From Candidatus Methylomirabilota bacterium (GTDB lineage: Bacteria > Methylomirabilota > Methylomirabilia > Rokubacteriales > CSP1-6): DNA of 64,000 bases. This document shows, in pieces, positions 21,773 through 31,306 of this stretch (position 1 is the first letter of the stretch; every line of letters starts with the position of its first letter). A program made the translations under genes and the position numbers. The stretch lies in NCBI GenBank assembly GCA_035650715.1, contig DASRHC010000011.1:695-64694 (forward strand), written 5' to 3'. A model generated the notes under the pieces. That model saw nothing but the letters and a program-made list of their open reading frames with translations. It made no database searches and was not told the DNA's origin.

Positions 21773-22519
21773 TCAGCGCGCGCTCTCCCAGCGCTCGCAC
21801 CGCACCCGCGCGCCGGGCCGGCGCACCACCACCGCGCCGGCGAAGCCGGCGGGCACCGGGAGGGCGGCCATGGTCCAGGCGTCCACCTCTCCGGGCGCGT
21901 CGTCCACGGCCTCCAGGCGCGCGGGGAGCCCCGGGGCGAGGGAGACCGAGAAGCGATCGAGCGGGTAGGAAAGTCCCTCGCCGAGGCCCTTGATGTAGGC
22001 TTCCTTCCTCGTCCAGCAGTTGAAGAACCCGGCGGCGCGCTGCGCGGGCGGCAGGTCCCGGAGCGCCCGGCACTCCCGCGCCGAGAAGGTGCGGGCCGCG
22101 ATCTGCTCCAGGTCGTGCAGGGGGCGCACCTGCTCCACGTCCACGCCGACCGGGGCCTGGGCGGCCACCGCGACCGCGGCCAGGTCCGCGGCGTGCGAGA
22201 CGCTGAACTGCGGAGGCGTCCGGACGCCCTCGGCGGCCAGCGCCGGCTTTCCCCGGGGCCCGTAGGTGAACGCGATCGCGGCGGGATCCGTGTCCAGATA
22301 CGCGCCGAGGATCGCCCGCAGGGTGCCGCGGGCCACCATCCAGCGCATCGCATCCCGCCGGAAGTGGAACCGCGCGGCCCGCGCTCGCTCCTCCGGGCTC
22401 AGCGCGGCCACGAGGCCGTCCAGCGCGGCGGCCTCGACGTCCAGGGGCGCGAGCCACACCCACGCCTCGTCGTCGGCGGGCGGCGCCGGGCGCGCGGCGT
22501 CTCCGGCGCGCTCCAGCAT
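21773..22519 (-). CDS. 4'-phosphopantetheinyl transferase (Sfp-type)
   Basis: About 248 aa. ...FSVSHAADLAAVAVA...VGVDVE...WTRKEAYIKGLGEG is the PPTase motif pattern. The long track ORF 21773..23980 is an alt-frame artefact upstream of the MLERAG start. Confidence 0.75.
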   Translation of the reverse strand: MLERAGDAARPAPPADDEAWVWLAPLDVEAAALDGLVAALSPEERARAARFHFRRDAMRWMVARGTLRAILGAYLDTDPAAIAFTYGPRGKPALAAEGVRTPPQFSVSHAADLAAVAVAAQAPVGVDVEQVRPLHDLEQIAARTFSARECRALRDLPPAQRAAGFFNCWTRKEAYIKGLGEGLSYPLDRFSVSLAPGLPARLEAVDDAPGEVDAWTMAALPVPAGFAGAVVVRRPGARVRCERWESAR

Positions 22520-22539
22520 CAGCCGCCCCCCGCGCGGGC

Positions 22540-24192
22540 TCAGGCCGCGAACTTCATGCGGCAGAAGCAGGAGGCCTTCACCGGCACCTCGGACCGGGCC
22601 AGGGCGAGATCGAGGCGCTGCTTGATCAGCGGGGCCTCCACGGTCTCGCCGCGGCGGGTGAGGCATTCGTGGAGCCCGTGCAGGCTCCACAGGTTGTCGG
22701 GATGCTGGCAGGCGCGGCTCAGCGTGCCGTCGAGGCCCAGGTCCGAGCGGTAGACCGCCTCCGCCTCCGCGACCCGGCCCTGCTCCAGGAGCAGGGCCCC
22801 CAGGGCGTGTCGGGTCGGCTGCATCCAGCCCCACGGCTCGTCGTAGGGCAGGGCGTCGTCCAGCTCCACCGACCGGCGCAGGTGCGCGAAGGCGATCTCG
22901 TGGTTGCCGCGGCGGTACTCGAGCTCGCCGTCGAGCATCGCGTGCGCGATCTCCAGCAGGTCCCGGACGGTGTTGTTGTGGACCCGCCGGCTCTCCGGGA
23001 CCCGCGCCTTCGCCTCGATGAAGGCGGCCCGCGAGGCCTCGGCCGCCGCGATGTGACCGAGCGCGGAGTGGGCGACGGTCTGCGCGTAGAGCATCATGGC
23101 GGTGGTCGCGCAGTAGAGGTCCCGGTCCCGCGGCAACTCCTGCGCGAGGATCTCGTGCCACTTGCCGAAGCGGATGAGGACGTGCTGCTTCATCGGCAGG
23201 TAGCCCTCCACGAAGTCGGCCATGGGCGGCGAGGGGATGCGCAGGAGATCCTCCGGCGTGGTGTCGATCAGCTCCTGGGCCGCGGCCAGCGCGGGCGTGT
23301 ACTGACCGAGGAACATCGCGCCGTAGATCGCGAAGTGGTAGTCGTGGGTGCGGTAGAGCGCGTAGACGTTCAGCGCTCCCTCGCGCGCCAGGAACTTTCG
23401 GTCGGCCACGATGGCCTTCTGGTTGTAGACCAGCACGTCGCGATAGTGCCCGCACAGCACGTCCAGGTGGGTCGGCATGTGGATGAGGTGGCCCGCGTCC
23501 GGCACCAGATCCCGCAGCCGGTCCCCCGCCCGCAGGGCGCGCTGCGGAAACGGCGACATCTCCATCAGGTGGACGTACAGATGGAGGAGCCCCGGATGGT
23601 CCCACGCGGCCGGGAAATCGCGGAAGGCGCTCTCCAGGACGTCCATCGCCTCCAGCGTGCCCGCGCCGTCGGCCACGCGGCCGGTCTTGAGGTCCCACAT
23701 CTTCCAGGGGGTCAGGTTCATGATCGATTCCACGAACACCTCCCGCACCTCGAGGTCGTCGCGGTGGGCGTGGAACACGCGGCGCATGGCGTCCGCGTAG
23801 GCGGCGTCCCACGGCGCCTGGTCCTCGATCGGCTCCCGCTGCGGGTACCGCGCGGGCAGCGCGCGGATCAGCGCCTGCTCGACCGGGCTCGCGCGCTCCG
23901 CGCGGGCGAGGGCGGCCTGCATCGCGTCGTATGCGGCGGCGAGGGCGGCGGCCTTGCCGGCCGGGTCGTAGAGGTGCCACGGCAGGTTGTAGTTCGGGCC
24001 GGCCGCGTAGGCGATGCCCCAGTAGGCCATGGCGCAGTCGGGGTCGTGCTCCAGCGCCCTCTTGAAGCAGGTGATGGCCTCGGCGTGGTTGAACCCGTAG
24101 AGCCAGTTGAGCCCGCGGTCGAACCAGAGCTGGGCGTCCGGGGCGGCGGTGGTGATCTTCCGAGTGTAGGAGCCGAGGTCGTAGTACGGCAT
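22540..24192 (-). CDS. TPR-like repeat protein, conserved hypothetical (550 aa)
   Basis: MPYYDLGSYTRKITT...AQLWFDRGLNWLYGFNHAEAITCFKRALEHDPDCAMAYWGIAYAAGPNYN... is all-helical and repeat-like. No enzymatic motif recognised. Confidence 0.6.
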   Translation of the reverse strand: MPYYDLGSYTRKITTAAPDAQLWFDRGLNWLYGFNHAEAITCFKRALEHDPDCAMAYWGIAYAAGPNYNLPWHLYDPAGKAAALAAAYDAMQAALARAERASPVEQALIRALPARYPQREPIEDQAPWDAAYADAMRRVFHAHRDDLEVREVFVESIMNLTPWKMWDLKTGRVADGAGTLEAMDVLESAFRDFPAAWDHPGLLHLYVHLMEMSPFPQRALRAGDRLRDLVPDAGHLIHMPTHLDVLCGHYRDVLVYNQKAIVADRKFLAREGALNVYALYRTHDYHFAIYGAMFLGQYTPALAAAQELIDTTPEDLLRIPSPPMADFVEGYLPMKQHVLIRFGKWHEILAQELPRDRDLYCATTAMMLYAQTVAHSALGHIAAAEASRAAFIEAKARVPESRRVHNNTVRDLLEIAHAMLDGELEYRRGNHEIAFAHLRRSVELDDALPYDEPWGWMQPTRHALGALLLEQGRVAEAEAVYRSDLGLDGTLSRACQHPDNLWSLHGLHECLTRRGETVEAPLIKQRLDLALARSEVPVKASCFCRMKFAA

Positions 24193-24258
24193 GACAGTCT
24201 CCTTGGCGGCGGCGGGCCGGCGGGGCCGCGGCCGGGTGAAGCGCGGACGATCAGTCCA

Positions 24259-25368
24259 TCAGTCGTAGTTGCCGTTGTTCGGGCCGTGCCACCTTCCGCG
24301 ATTGAGATCCACCCGCATGCCGACGGCCGTGAAGGGCAGGCGGAGGTTGTCGCCGAAGACGTGGAGCGCGTAGCCCCACCAGGTGCTCCGGGGCACCCTG
24401 AGGTCGAACAGGATCTGCTGCACGTTGAGCCCCACCTCGAAGCCGAGCTGCCGCTGCTGCTCGATGGCCGGGGTGACCCGGTAGCCCTTGGCACCGTACG
24501 TAACCGAGAAGAGCAGCCAGCGCAAGGGGCCGAGGTTGACGCCCAGGCGGCGAGCGAGACCGGAGAACTTGAAATCGGCGGAGTACACGTCGTGGGTGTA
24601 GCTCGAGCTGGGCAGGTGCGAGGTGCGCATGCTGAAGAGGTCCCGGGTGTGGGTCACCGAGACCAGCCCCGCGGCCAGCGCGCCCGCGGAGTCCATGGCC
24701 AGATCCTCCCACGAGAATCCGTGCCGCGTGACGCCGTCGCTCAGCTCGTTCGCGAGCCCGGTGGCGATCGCCAGGCCGACGCCGGCCAGGATCGCCTTGT
24801 TCTCCGAGTAGCCGATCATCTTGTAGGCGTCCTCGAGCAGGCTGGCGGTGACGTAGTAGTCGGTGAGGTGCGACGCCTTGTCCGCGCCGCCGTTGGTGGT
24901 GTCCTTGCCGAACCAGCCCTCCTCGTGGACCCGGAAGGAATGATTGGTGTTGTACGCGACGAGCGAGTTCGCGGTGACCGCCCCGATCGAGGTGATCGGG
25001 AGGAGGACCGAGAAGAGCGTCTGGTGGCGCTCGAGGAACGACCACCGGGGCACCTCGGTCTCGGCCCGATCGAAGCGGGGATCGAACCACGACGCGGGCG
25101 TCGACCGCTCGGGATCCCGGTCCTGGTTCAGGGCGAGGCTGGACCAGGGCTGCGCGAGCGCCAGCCTCTGCTCCGATCCCAGCCACCGCTCGGCCTCCAG
25201 GGACCGGTCCGGCAGCAGATGGTAGGGCGACTCGCCGGCCGGCCCCGCCGGTGCCTCGTCCGCGGACAGGGAGAACGGCCGCCCCCCGCGGTCCTGCGCG
25301 AGGAGGGGGCCGGCGCCCACGAGCATCAGCAGCCAGCAGAGGGCGAGCGAGCGGGTGGCTGGTCGCAC
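24259..25368 (-). CDS. exported hypothetical protein (signal peptide)
   Basis: MRPATRSLALCWLLMLVGAGPLLAQ signal peptide. C-terminal beta-rich region. No family recognised. 66 nt upstream of the TPR gene on the same strand. Confidence 0.55.
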   Translation of the reverse strand: MRPATRSLALCWLLMLVGAGPLLAQDRGGRPFSLSADEAPAGPAGESPYHLLPDRSLEAERWLGSEQRLALAQPWSSLALNQDRDPERSTPASWFDPRFDRAETEVPRWSFLERHQTLFSVLLPITSIGAVTANSLVAYNTNHSFRVHEEGWFGKDTTNGGADKASHLTDYYVTASLLEDAYKMIGYSENKAILAGVGLAIATGLANELSDGVTRHGFSWEDLAMDSAGALAAGLVSVTHTRDLFSMRTSHLPSSSYTHDVYSADFKFSGLARRLGVNLGPLRWLLFSVTYGAKGYRVTPAIEQQRQLGFEVGLNVQQILFDLRVPRSTWWGYALHVFGDNLRLPFTAVGMRVDLNRGRWHGPNNGNYD

Positions 25369-25502
25369 GGATCGACGACATCCTACGCCATGGACCGCGG
25401 AAAGCGGGCCGAAATTTGCCGTCGCCTTGACAGGCCGCCGGGCAAGGCCGTATCAGGTCCGTACGCGCGATCCGGGCTCGCGCCCGGGACGGGAGGACGA
25501 TC

Positions 25503-26234
25503 ATGAGCGACGTGGTGTTCGACGAGCGGGTGGCGAGCGAGCTGCTGCGCTATGCCCGGATGGTGGTGGCCCGCGGGTACATCCACAACTCCCTGGGGAA
25601 CATCGCGGTGCGGGCCCCCTCCCCGGGGCGGCCCCACGGGGTGGCCTACACCAAGCACGCCGAGGTGTCGCTGGAGGAGATGACCATCGACAACGTGGTC
25701 GTCACCGACATCCCGACCCCGGCGCTGCTCCATGGCCACGTGCCGACCAGCGTCGGGCACAACCTCAATCGCGAGATCCTGCGCCTCCGGCCGGACATCG
25801 GCGCGGTCATCCACGTCCACCACGACGAGACGATCGCGTTCTTCGCGGCGGGGGCCAAGGGCCTGCGGGTGCTCTCGCTCGAGTTCCCCTACGTGATGGC
25901 GATGCCGCCCCACGTGGTGCCGTCGCACCTGGACGTGGAGAACGACGTGGGGCCCATCGCCGACTTCATCGCCCACACCAACGCCCTCATCATGGAGAAC
26001 CACGGGATCACCACGCTCGGCCGCACGCTCTCCGAGGCCTACCACCGCCTGAACACGCTCACCTCGGAGATCCGGCGCAACGTCGTGGCCGAGCAGCTGG
26101 CCGCCGTCCGCGGCCACGACGTGCACGTGCTGGCCGCGGACGCGGTGGACTGGATGTACCGCTACGCGGAGAGCGTCATCTATCCGTCCCGCGACGCGAC
26201 CCGCCGCCCGGAGGGAGGCGACCGCCGGGCCTGA
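25503..26234 (+). CDS. class II aldolase/adducin family protein
   Basis: ...YIHNSLGNIAVRAP...HVHHDETIAFFAAG...IMENHGITTLGRTL is the class II aldolase fold (fuculose-phosphate aldolase-like) with the metal His pattern. Confidence 0.8.
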   Translation: MSDVVFDERVASELLRYARMVVARGYIHNSLGNIAVRAPSPGRPHGVAYTKHAEVSLEEMTIDNVVVTDIPTPALLHGHVPTSVGHNLNREILRLRPDIGAVIHVHHDETIAFFAAGAKGLRVLSLEFPYVMAMPPHVVPSHLDVENDVGPIADFIAHTNALIMENHGITTLGRTLSEAYHRLNTLTSEIRRNVVAEQLAAVRGHDVHVLAADAVDWMYRYAESVIYPSRDATRRPEGGDRRA

Positions 26235-26261
26235 GCCCCCGGGCCCCGCGGGCGCGCGACG

Positions 26262-27113
26262 CTACCTGATCGCGCCCACCGTGAAGCCGGCGATGAAGCG
26301 GTCGACGAAGAAGTTGTAGATGATCGCGATCGGCACGCTCGCGATGAAGCATCCCGCCATCAAGGAGCCCCAGAAGTAGACGTCGCCGCGGACCAGGAAG
26401 GTCGGCACCCCGACGCTCACCGTGTACTGCGAGGCGGTGGAGATGAAGGTCAGCGCGTAGACGAACTCCTGGGTGACCAGGGTGAAGCTGAAGATGATCA
26501 CGGTGAGGATGCCCGCCACCGAGATCGGCACCACCACGCGCACGAAGGCGCCCAGGCGGCTCAGGCCGTCGATCAGGGCCGCCTCCTCCACGTCGCTGGG
26601 GATGGCCTTGAAGAAGCCCATGAGCAGCCACGTACAGAACGGCACCGTGAAGGACGGATAGACCAGGACCAGGGACCACAGCGAGTCCTGGAGCCCGAGC
26701 GAGGCGATCAGCCGGGACAGGGGGATGAAGAGCAGGGTCGGGGGCACCAGGTAGGTCAGGAAGATGCCGATCCCGAGCTGCTCGCCCCACCGGCCGGTGA
26801 GCCGCGCGAGCGCGTAGCCGGCGGGCAGGGCCAGCACCAGCGTGATGATCACGACCACCACCCCGACCACGGCGGTGTTCCAGAGCCACTGGCCGTAGAG
26901 CGTGTCCTGGAAGAGCACGCGCAGGTTCTCGAGGGTCGGGGGCTCGTTGTAGATGAACGGATTGTTGCCGCGCTTGAGCAGGTCCCCGGTGCGCTTGAAG
27001 GTGGTGATCAGCATCCAGTAGAAGGGAAACGCGGTGAACAGGGTGAAGAAGCCGATCACTCCCGCATGGACCCCGCGCCCCGCCACCCGCCGCGTCCATC
27101 CGGGCCGGGCCAT
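26262..27113 (-). CDS. carbohydrate ABC transporter permease (MalG/UgpE-like)
   Basis: MARPGWTRR...FPFYWMLITTFK...EAALIDGLSRLGAF (EAA loop). 6 TM helices. Confidence 0.85.
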   Translation of the reverse strand: MARPGWTRRVAGRGVHAGVIGFFTLFTAFPFYWMLITTFKRTGDLLKRGNNPFIYNEPPTLENLRVLFQDTLYGQWLWNTAVVGVVVVIITLVLALPAGYALARLTGRWGEQLGIGIFLTYLVPPTLLFIPLSRLIASLGLQDSLWSLVLVYPSFTVPFCTWLLMGFFKAIPSDVEEAALIDGLSRLGAFVRVVVPISVAGILTVIIFSFTLVTQEFVYALTFISTASQYTVSVGVPTFLVRGDVYFWGSLMAGCFIASVPIAIIYNFFVDRFIAGFTVGAIR

Positions 27114-28087
27114 CAGACGACCTCGGTGCGGCGGGCGATGCGCAGGAACACGATCGCCACCACCAGCAGCAGCGGGAACAGGAACACCGCGATGGCCGCG
27201 CCTTCCGCGAGATCGCCGCCCTGGATGCCGGTGAAGAAGGCCAGGGTCGAGAGGACCTGAGTGGTGTCGTAGGGGCCGCCGCGGGTGAGCACGAAGATCA
27301 CGATCATGTCGGTGAAGGCGAACACCAGCCCGAACAGGGTCGCCACCAGCATGATCGGCCGCACCAGGGGCAAGGTGATCCGGACCAGGTGATGCCACGG
27401 GCCGGCCCCGTCCACCTGGGCCGCGTCGTGGATCTCCTGGGGGATGGAGGTGAGGCCGGCCATGAGGATGACGGTGGCCAGCGGCAGGAGCCGCCACACG
27501 TGCACGCCGATGACCGACATCATGGCCAGGTACGGCTTGCCGAGGTACATGGGCCAGTTGTCCGGGCGGATCAGGCCCATGGCCTCCAGGGTCCAGTTGA
27601 TGACGCTGTAGATGGAGTCGAGGATCCACAGCCAGCCGATGCTGCCGAGCGACATGGGGGCCACCCACGGCAGCAGGATCAGGAGGCGCACCAGCCACTT
27701 GCCGCGGAAGTCCTTCGTGAGGGCCAGGGCCAGCACGGTGGCCAGCACGAGCACCAGCACCTGGGAGCCGAGGGCGAAGACGAAGGTGTTCCGGAGCGCG
27801 GTCATGAACTTGGGAGAGTTCAGGATCGCACTGAAGTTGCGGAAACCGACGAAGTGCAGGGTCCGGCTGCCCGCGGTGATGTCGGTCACGCTGTAGTACA
27901 GCGCGAGGACGAACGGCACGCCCACCACCAGCAGGATGTAGACGACGGCGGGGGCGATCATGATCGATCCGAGCCACCCGCGTCGGTTGACCAGGAAGTC
28001 GAGCCGGCCCGGCCGGGCGGCCGCCCGCGCCGCGGGCCGCGCCGCTCCGGTGAGGTCCCTCATGTGTGCTCGCTCGCTCTCTGCCAT
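27113..28087 (-). CDS. carbohydrate ABC transporter permease (MalF/UgpA-like)
   Basis: ...LALYYSVTD..., HDAAQVDGAGPWHHLVRITLP (EAA loop). Its stop overlaps the ATG of the downstream permease. Confidence 0.85.
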   Translation of the reverse strand: MAESERAHMRDLTGAARPAARAAARPGRLDFLVNRRGWLGSIMIAPAVVYILLVVGVPFVLALYYSVTDITAGSRTLHFVGFRNFSAILNSPKFMTALRNTFVFALGSQVLVLVLATVLALALTKDFRGKWLVRLLILLPWVAPMSLGSIGWLWILDSIYSVINWTLEAMGLIRPDNWPMYLGKPYLAMMSVIGVHVWRLLPLATVILMAGLTSIPQEIHDAAQVDGAGPWHHLVRITLPLVRPIMLVATLFGLVFAFTDMIVIFVLTRGGPYDTTQVLSTLAFFTGIQGGDLAEGAAIAVFLFPLLLVVAIVFLRIARRTEVV

Positions 28088-28151
28088 GAACGTGGCGGGA
28101 GGCTCCGGTGAGCCGGAGCCTCCCTGGACCTGGCCCGAAGGATCCGGGCCG

Positions 28152-29495
28152 CTACACCATCTTCTTCTCCTTCCACTTGGCGAAGATGCGCCGGCACTGG
28201 GCGTCCGCTTCCTTCAGCGCGTCCTCCGGGGAGGCGGCCCCGCTGGCGGCCTTGGCGAACATCACGTTGAGCACCCAGGTGCTGTAGATCTCGTCGATCG
28301 CCGCGTTGGCGTAGCCGGGGTAGCCGACGTTGGTGGCCCAGTTGAGCACGTCGTCCAGGACCTTGTACTTGTCGGGCGGGTGGGCCTTGGGATCGTTGCT
28401 GATGAGCCTGGTGATGTCCGGCACCGTCTTGGGCCAGCACGGGAAGTCGTAGAACTCGCCGGCCACGAAGGCGTCGCGGAAGTTGGTGGTGTAGTCGACG
28501 AGGAACTTCTTGGCCCCGTCGATGTTGTCCGCGAACTTCCAGATCACGTAGCACTGCATGACGTGCTCGAGGCCGATGGCCCGGGCCGGGCCCTTGAGGG
28601 CCTTGGTGAGCTGGATCTTCCTGGAGATGTCCGGGTTCTCCTTCTCGGCGGTCCGGGTGATGGAGATCGCGTTGAGGGCCAGCGAGAGCTTGCCCGCGAT
28701 CATCGCCCGGTTGTTGGAGGAGGCGTCCCAGGTGAACACCTCGTCGGTCATGGTCTCCTTGAAGAGCGCGGTGACGAACTTGATGGTCTCGAGCGTCTCC
28801 TTGGAGTTGAGGGTCAGATTGCCGTTGGCGTCCTGCTCGTGGGCGCCGTGGGCATACATGATCGTGCGCATGGCCATCGCGGTGTCGATCTCGTTGGCGA
28901 GCCCGATGCCCACCGGGTTGCCGGACTGCTTCTTGATCTTGGCTCCCGCGGTGCGGACCTCGTCCCACGTCTTCGGCCCGTTGGGCAGGCCCACCTGGCC
29001 GAAGAGGTCCTGGCGGTAGTTCACCGGGTCCGGCGTGAACGAGGGAGAGAAGGCGAAGTACTTCTTGGTCTTGGGGTTGTAGGTGCTCTTGACGCAGAGG
29101 TCGATGGGCTTGCCGACCTTCCGCTCGAGCTCCTGGTAGACGTCCTTCATGTCCACCGTCTGCTCCTCGTAGGAGGGCGGCGGCCAGTTGAACAGGAAGA
29201 GGTCGTGCCCCTTCTGGGCCGAGACCTCGGCGGTGGCCCGAGGGTTGATGCCGGCGATGCCGATGTTGTCGACGACCACCTCGGTGTCGTTCTTCTCGCC
29301 CCACTCCTTGGCCAGCTTCTTGTTGAACCACTCGTCGTAGGCGGGGACGAAGTGGACCCACTGCAGGATCTTGAGGGTCTTCTTGGCGGCGCGGGCGCGC
29401 CCGGGAACGATGATGTTGGCGCCGATGCCGGTGGCCAGCGCTCCGGCGCCGGTGGCCTTGATGAACTGCCGGCGATTCACGCGTTGCCCTGCCAT
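28152..29495 (-). CDS. ABC transporter substrate-binding protein (family 1, sugar type) with Tat signal
   Basis: MAGQRVNRRQFIKATGAGALATGIGANIIVPGRARA twin-arginine signal, then an extracellular solute-binding fold. AAGGAGGG RBS upstream of the ATG (track residue about 117 of ORF 28152..29843). Confidence 0.8.
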   Translation of the reverse strand: MAGQRVNRRQFIKATGAGALATGIGANIIVPGRARAAKKTLKILQWVHFVPAYDEWFNKKLAKEWGEKNDTEVVVDNIGIAGINPRATAEVSAQKGHDLFLFNWPPPSYEEQTVDMKDVYQELERKVGKPIDLCVKSTYNPKTKKYFAFSPSFTPDPVNYRQDLFGQVGLPNGPKTWDEVRTAGAKIKKQSGNPVGIGLANEIDTAMAMRTIMYAHGAHEQDANGNLTLNSKETLETIKFVTALFKETMTDEVFTWDASSNNRAMIAGKLSLALNAISITRTAEKENPDISRKIQLTKALKGPARAIGLEHVMQCYVIWKFADNIDGAKKFLVDYTTNFRDAFVAGEFYDFPCWPKTVPDITRLISNDPKAHPPDKYKVLDDVLNWATNVGYPGYANAAIDEIYSTWVLNVMFAKAASGAASPEDALKEADAQCRRIFAKWKEKKMV

Positions 29496-29793
29496 ACACC
29501 GCCCTCCTTGTTGGGTAGGCACACTCCGATCGCCGGAGCGGCCTCCTGCGTGGCGCTGATCGATCGAGTCGGGGCGTGCCGGGAGGGACGCCCGGCGCGC
29601 CCCTTCGCCCGCCCGGGGAAATGCGTCGCCACTGTAGCGCCCGCGCGGATCGTGTTCAAGGGGCGATGGGGCGACCGGGGCCGACGGCCGGATGAGCGGG
29701 AATCCCGGCGCGGACGCCGAGGAGTGACCGGTCCGAAGGTACGCAGCCTGGGTCGAGGGCGCCCCGCAGGGAGTCGACACCCCCGCTCCTCTT

Positions 29794-29824
29794 GCCGAGC
29801 CCGGGATTCCCGGGGACACTCGGC
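29794..29824. promoter_or_regulatory. nested palindrome in divergent intergenic region (candidate operator)
   Basis: gccgag-CCCGGGA-t-TCCCGGG-gaca-ctcggc: a perfect 7-1-7 inverted repeat nested in a 6-bp outer inverted repeat. It lies about 135 nt upstream of the amidohydrolase ATG and about 300 nt upstream of the sugar-SBP start. Confidence 0.3.
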
Positions 29825-29957
29825 TGGGAGGAGACTCGCCCACTCCCGAGCAATGACACCCGGGATAGGTCCGGACGCCTGACCGGCGTCATGCTCTCGG
29901 GACGCGGTAGGATCGGGGAGTCGCCGGGCGCGAAAAGGCCCGTCGAGGGAGGATCAC

Positions 29958-31094
29958 ATGGTCGACCGGCTCATCTCCTGCGACGATCACATGGATCTCA
30001 GCCAGCTCCCCGCGGATCTGTGGACCACGCGGCTGCCCGCGTCGCTGCTCGATCGCGCGCCGCACGTCGCGGAGCGCGACGGTCAGGCGGTCTGGCTGTG
30101 CGACGGGAAGGTGTGGGGGCGCTGGGACGGCAAGCCGCCGGCGACGGGCTCGGCGCGGGCCATCAAGCCGCTCTACAGTGCCTTTGACCGCGCGGGCATC
30201 CACGATCCGAGCGCGCGCCGTCCGGCCGTCGCCGAGCTGCGGCTGGCCGACATGGATCGCGACGGCGTCGCGACGCAGGTGATCTTCGGGCCGATCTTCC
30301 AGATCTCGACCGACGATCCGGTGCTTCGTGTCGCCTGCTATCGCGTCTACAACGACTGGCTGCTCGACTTCTGCAAGGCGGCGCCCGACCGGCTCATCGG
30401 CCTGCCGATGCTGCCGGAGACGCCCGACGCGGCGCTCGCCGAGCTCGAGCGGGTGCGCGCCAAGGGCGGGGTGCGCCAGGTCAATCTCATGATCGCCAAC
30501 ATCGACCCCAAGCTCGACGACCCGGCCTGGGAGCCGCTCTGGCAGGCGCTGGAGGACAGCGGCATCATCCTCTCCTGGCACATCACGGTGTTCGTCGGCA
30601 AGCCGGGGGATCGGGTCGCCAACAAGGCGGCGAGCGTCTTCGAGAACACCAAGTTCTTCCTCGGAAACTTCCTCGAGCCCTTCGTCGATCTCTTCGCCTG
30701 GGGCATCCTGGAGCGCCACCCGGGACTGCGCATGGTGATGGCCGAGGCGGGCGCCGGCTGGCTGCCCTGGCTCGTCCAGGAGCTCGACTACCGGCACTGG
30801 CGGCTCTGGGAGGCCAAGGAGTTCTGGGCCGACAAGGGCGGCCGCGCCCTCGTCACCAAGCCGAGCGAGCTCTTCAAGCGGCAGATCTACGCGACCTTTC
30901 AGGAAGACCACGTGGCGATGTCGCTCATCCCGTTCTTCGGCGACGGCCACCTGCTGTGGGCGTCGGACTATCCTCACCCCGACAGCGTCTGGCCCAACTC
31001 CCGGGCCGCGATCGAGCGGCAGATGCAGCACCTGTCGCCGGAGATGCGGCGGAAGCTGACCCACGACAACGCGGCCGCGCTCTACGGGCTCTGA
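29958..31094 (+). CDS. amidohydrolase 2 family protein (ACMSD-like metal-dependent hydrolase)
   Basis: MVDRLISCDDHMDLSQLPADLW...NLMIANID...WHITVF...WASDYPHPDS are the TIM-barrel amidohydrolase_2 His/Asp positions. Confidence 0.75.
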   Translation: MVDRLISCDDHMDLSQLPADLWTTRLPASLLDRAPHVAERDGQAVWLCDGKVWGRWDGKPPATGSARAIKPLYSAFDRAGIHDPSARRPAVAELRLADMDRDGVATQVIFGPIFQISTDDPVLRVACYRVYNDWLLDFCKAAPDRLIGLPMLPETPDAALAELERVRAKGGVRQVNLMIANIDPKLDDPAWEPLWQALEDSGIILSWHITVFVGKPGDRVANKAASVFENTKFFLGNFLEPFVDLFAWGILERHPGLRMVMAEAGAGWLPWLVQELDYRHWRLWEAKEFWADKGGRALVTKPSELFKRQIYATFQEDHVAMSLIPFFGDGHLLWASDYPHPDSVWPNSRAAIERQMQHLSPEMRRKLTHDNAAALYGL

Positions 31095-31112
31095 GGCGAA
31101 AAGGACACGGCA

Positions 31113-31250
31113 TGGCACGCGACAGGCGCTTCAAGGTCTGGCTGGACGGGAAGGTCGTGGACCCGGAGCAGGCGATGCTCAGCGTGTTCACGCTGACCGT
31201 CCTGCGAGGGGCGAACGTCTACGAAGGTCTGCGCGCGTACTGGAATCCGG
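31113..31250 (+). pseudogene. 5' fragment (about 45 codons) of a class IV aminotransferase (branched-chain/D-amino-acid aminotransferase) gene
   Basis: MARDRRFKVWLDGKVVDPEQAMLSVFTLTVLRGANVYEGLRAYWNP matches the IlvE N-terminus ([36 protein letters not shown]). AAAGGA RBS. The frame dissolves after about 31250, where the convergent sco1 gene ends. Confidence 0.6.
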
Positions 31251-31306
31251 CCTCAGCAGCCGCGGCTCGGCGAGCGCGTGCTGCCGAACGTCTGAGCGCG
31301 GCGCCT

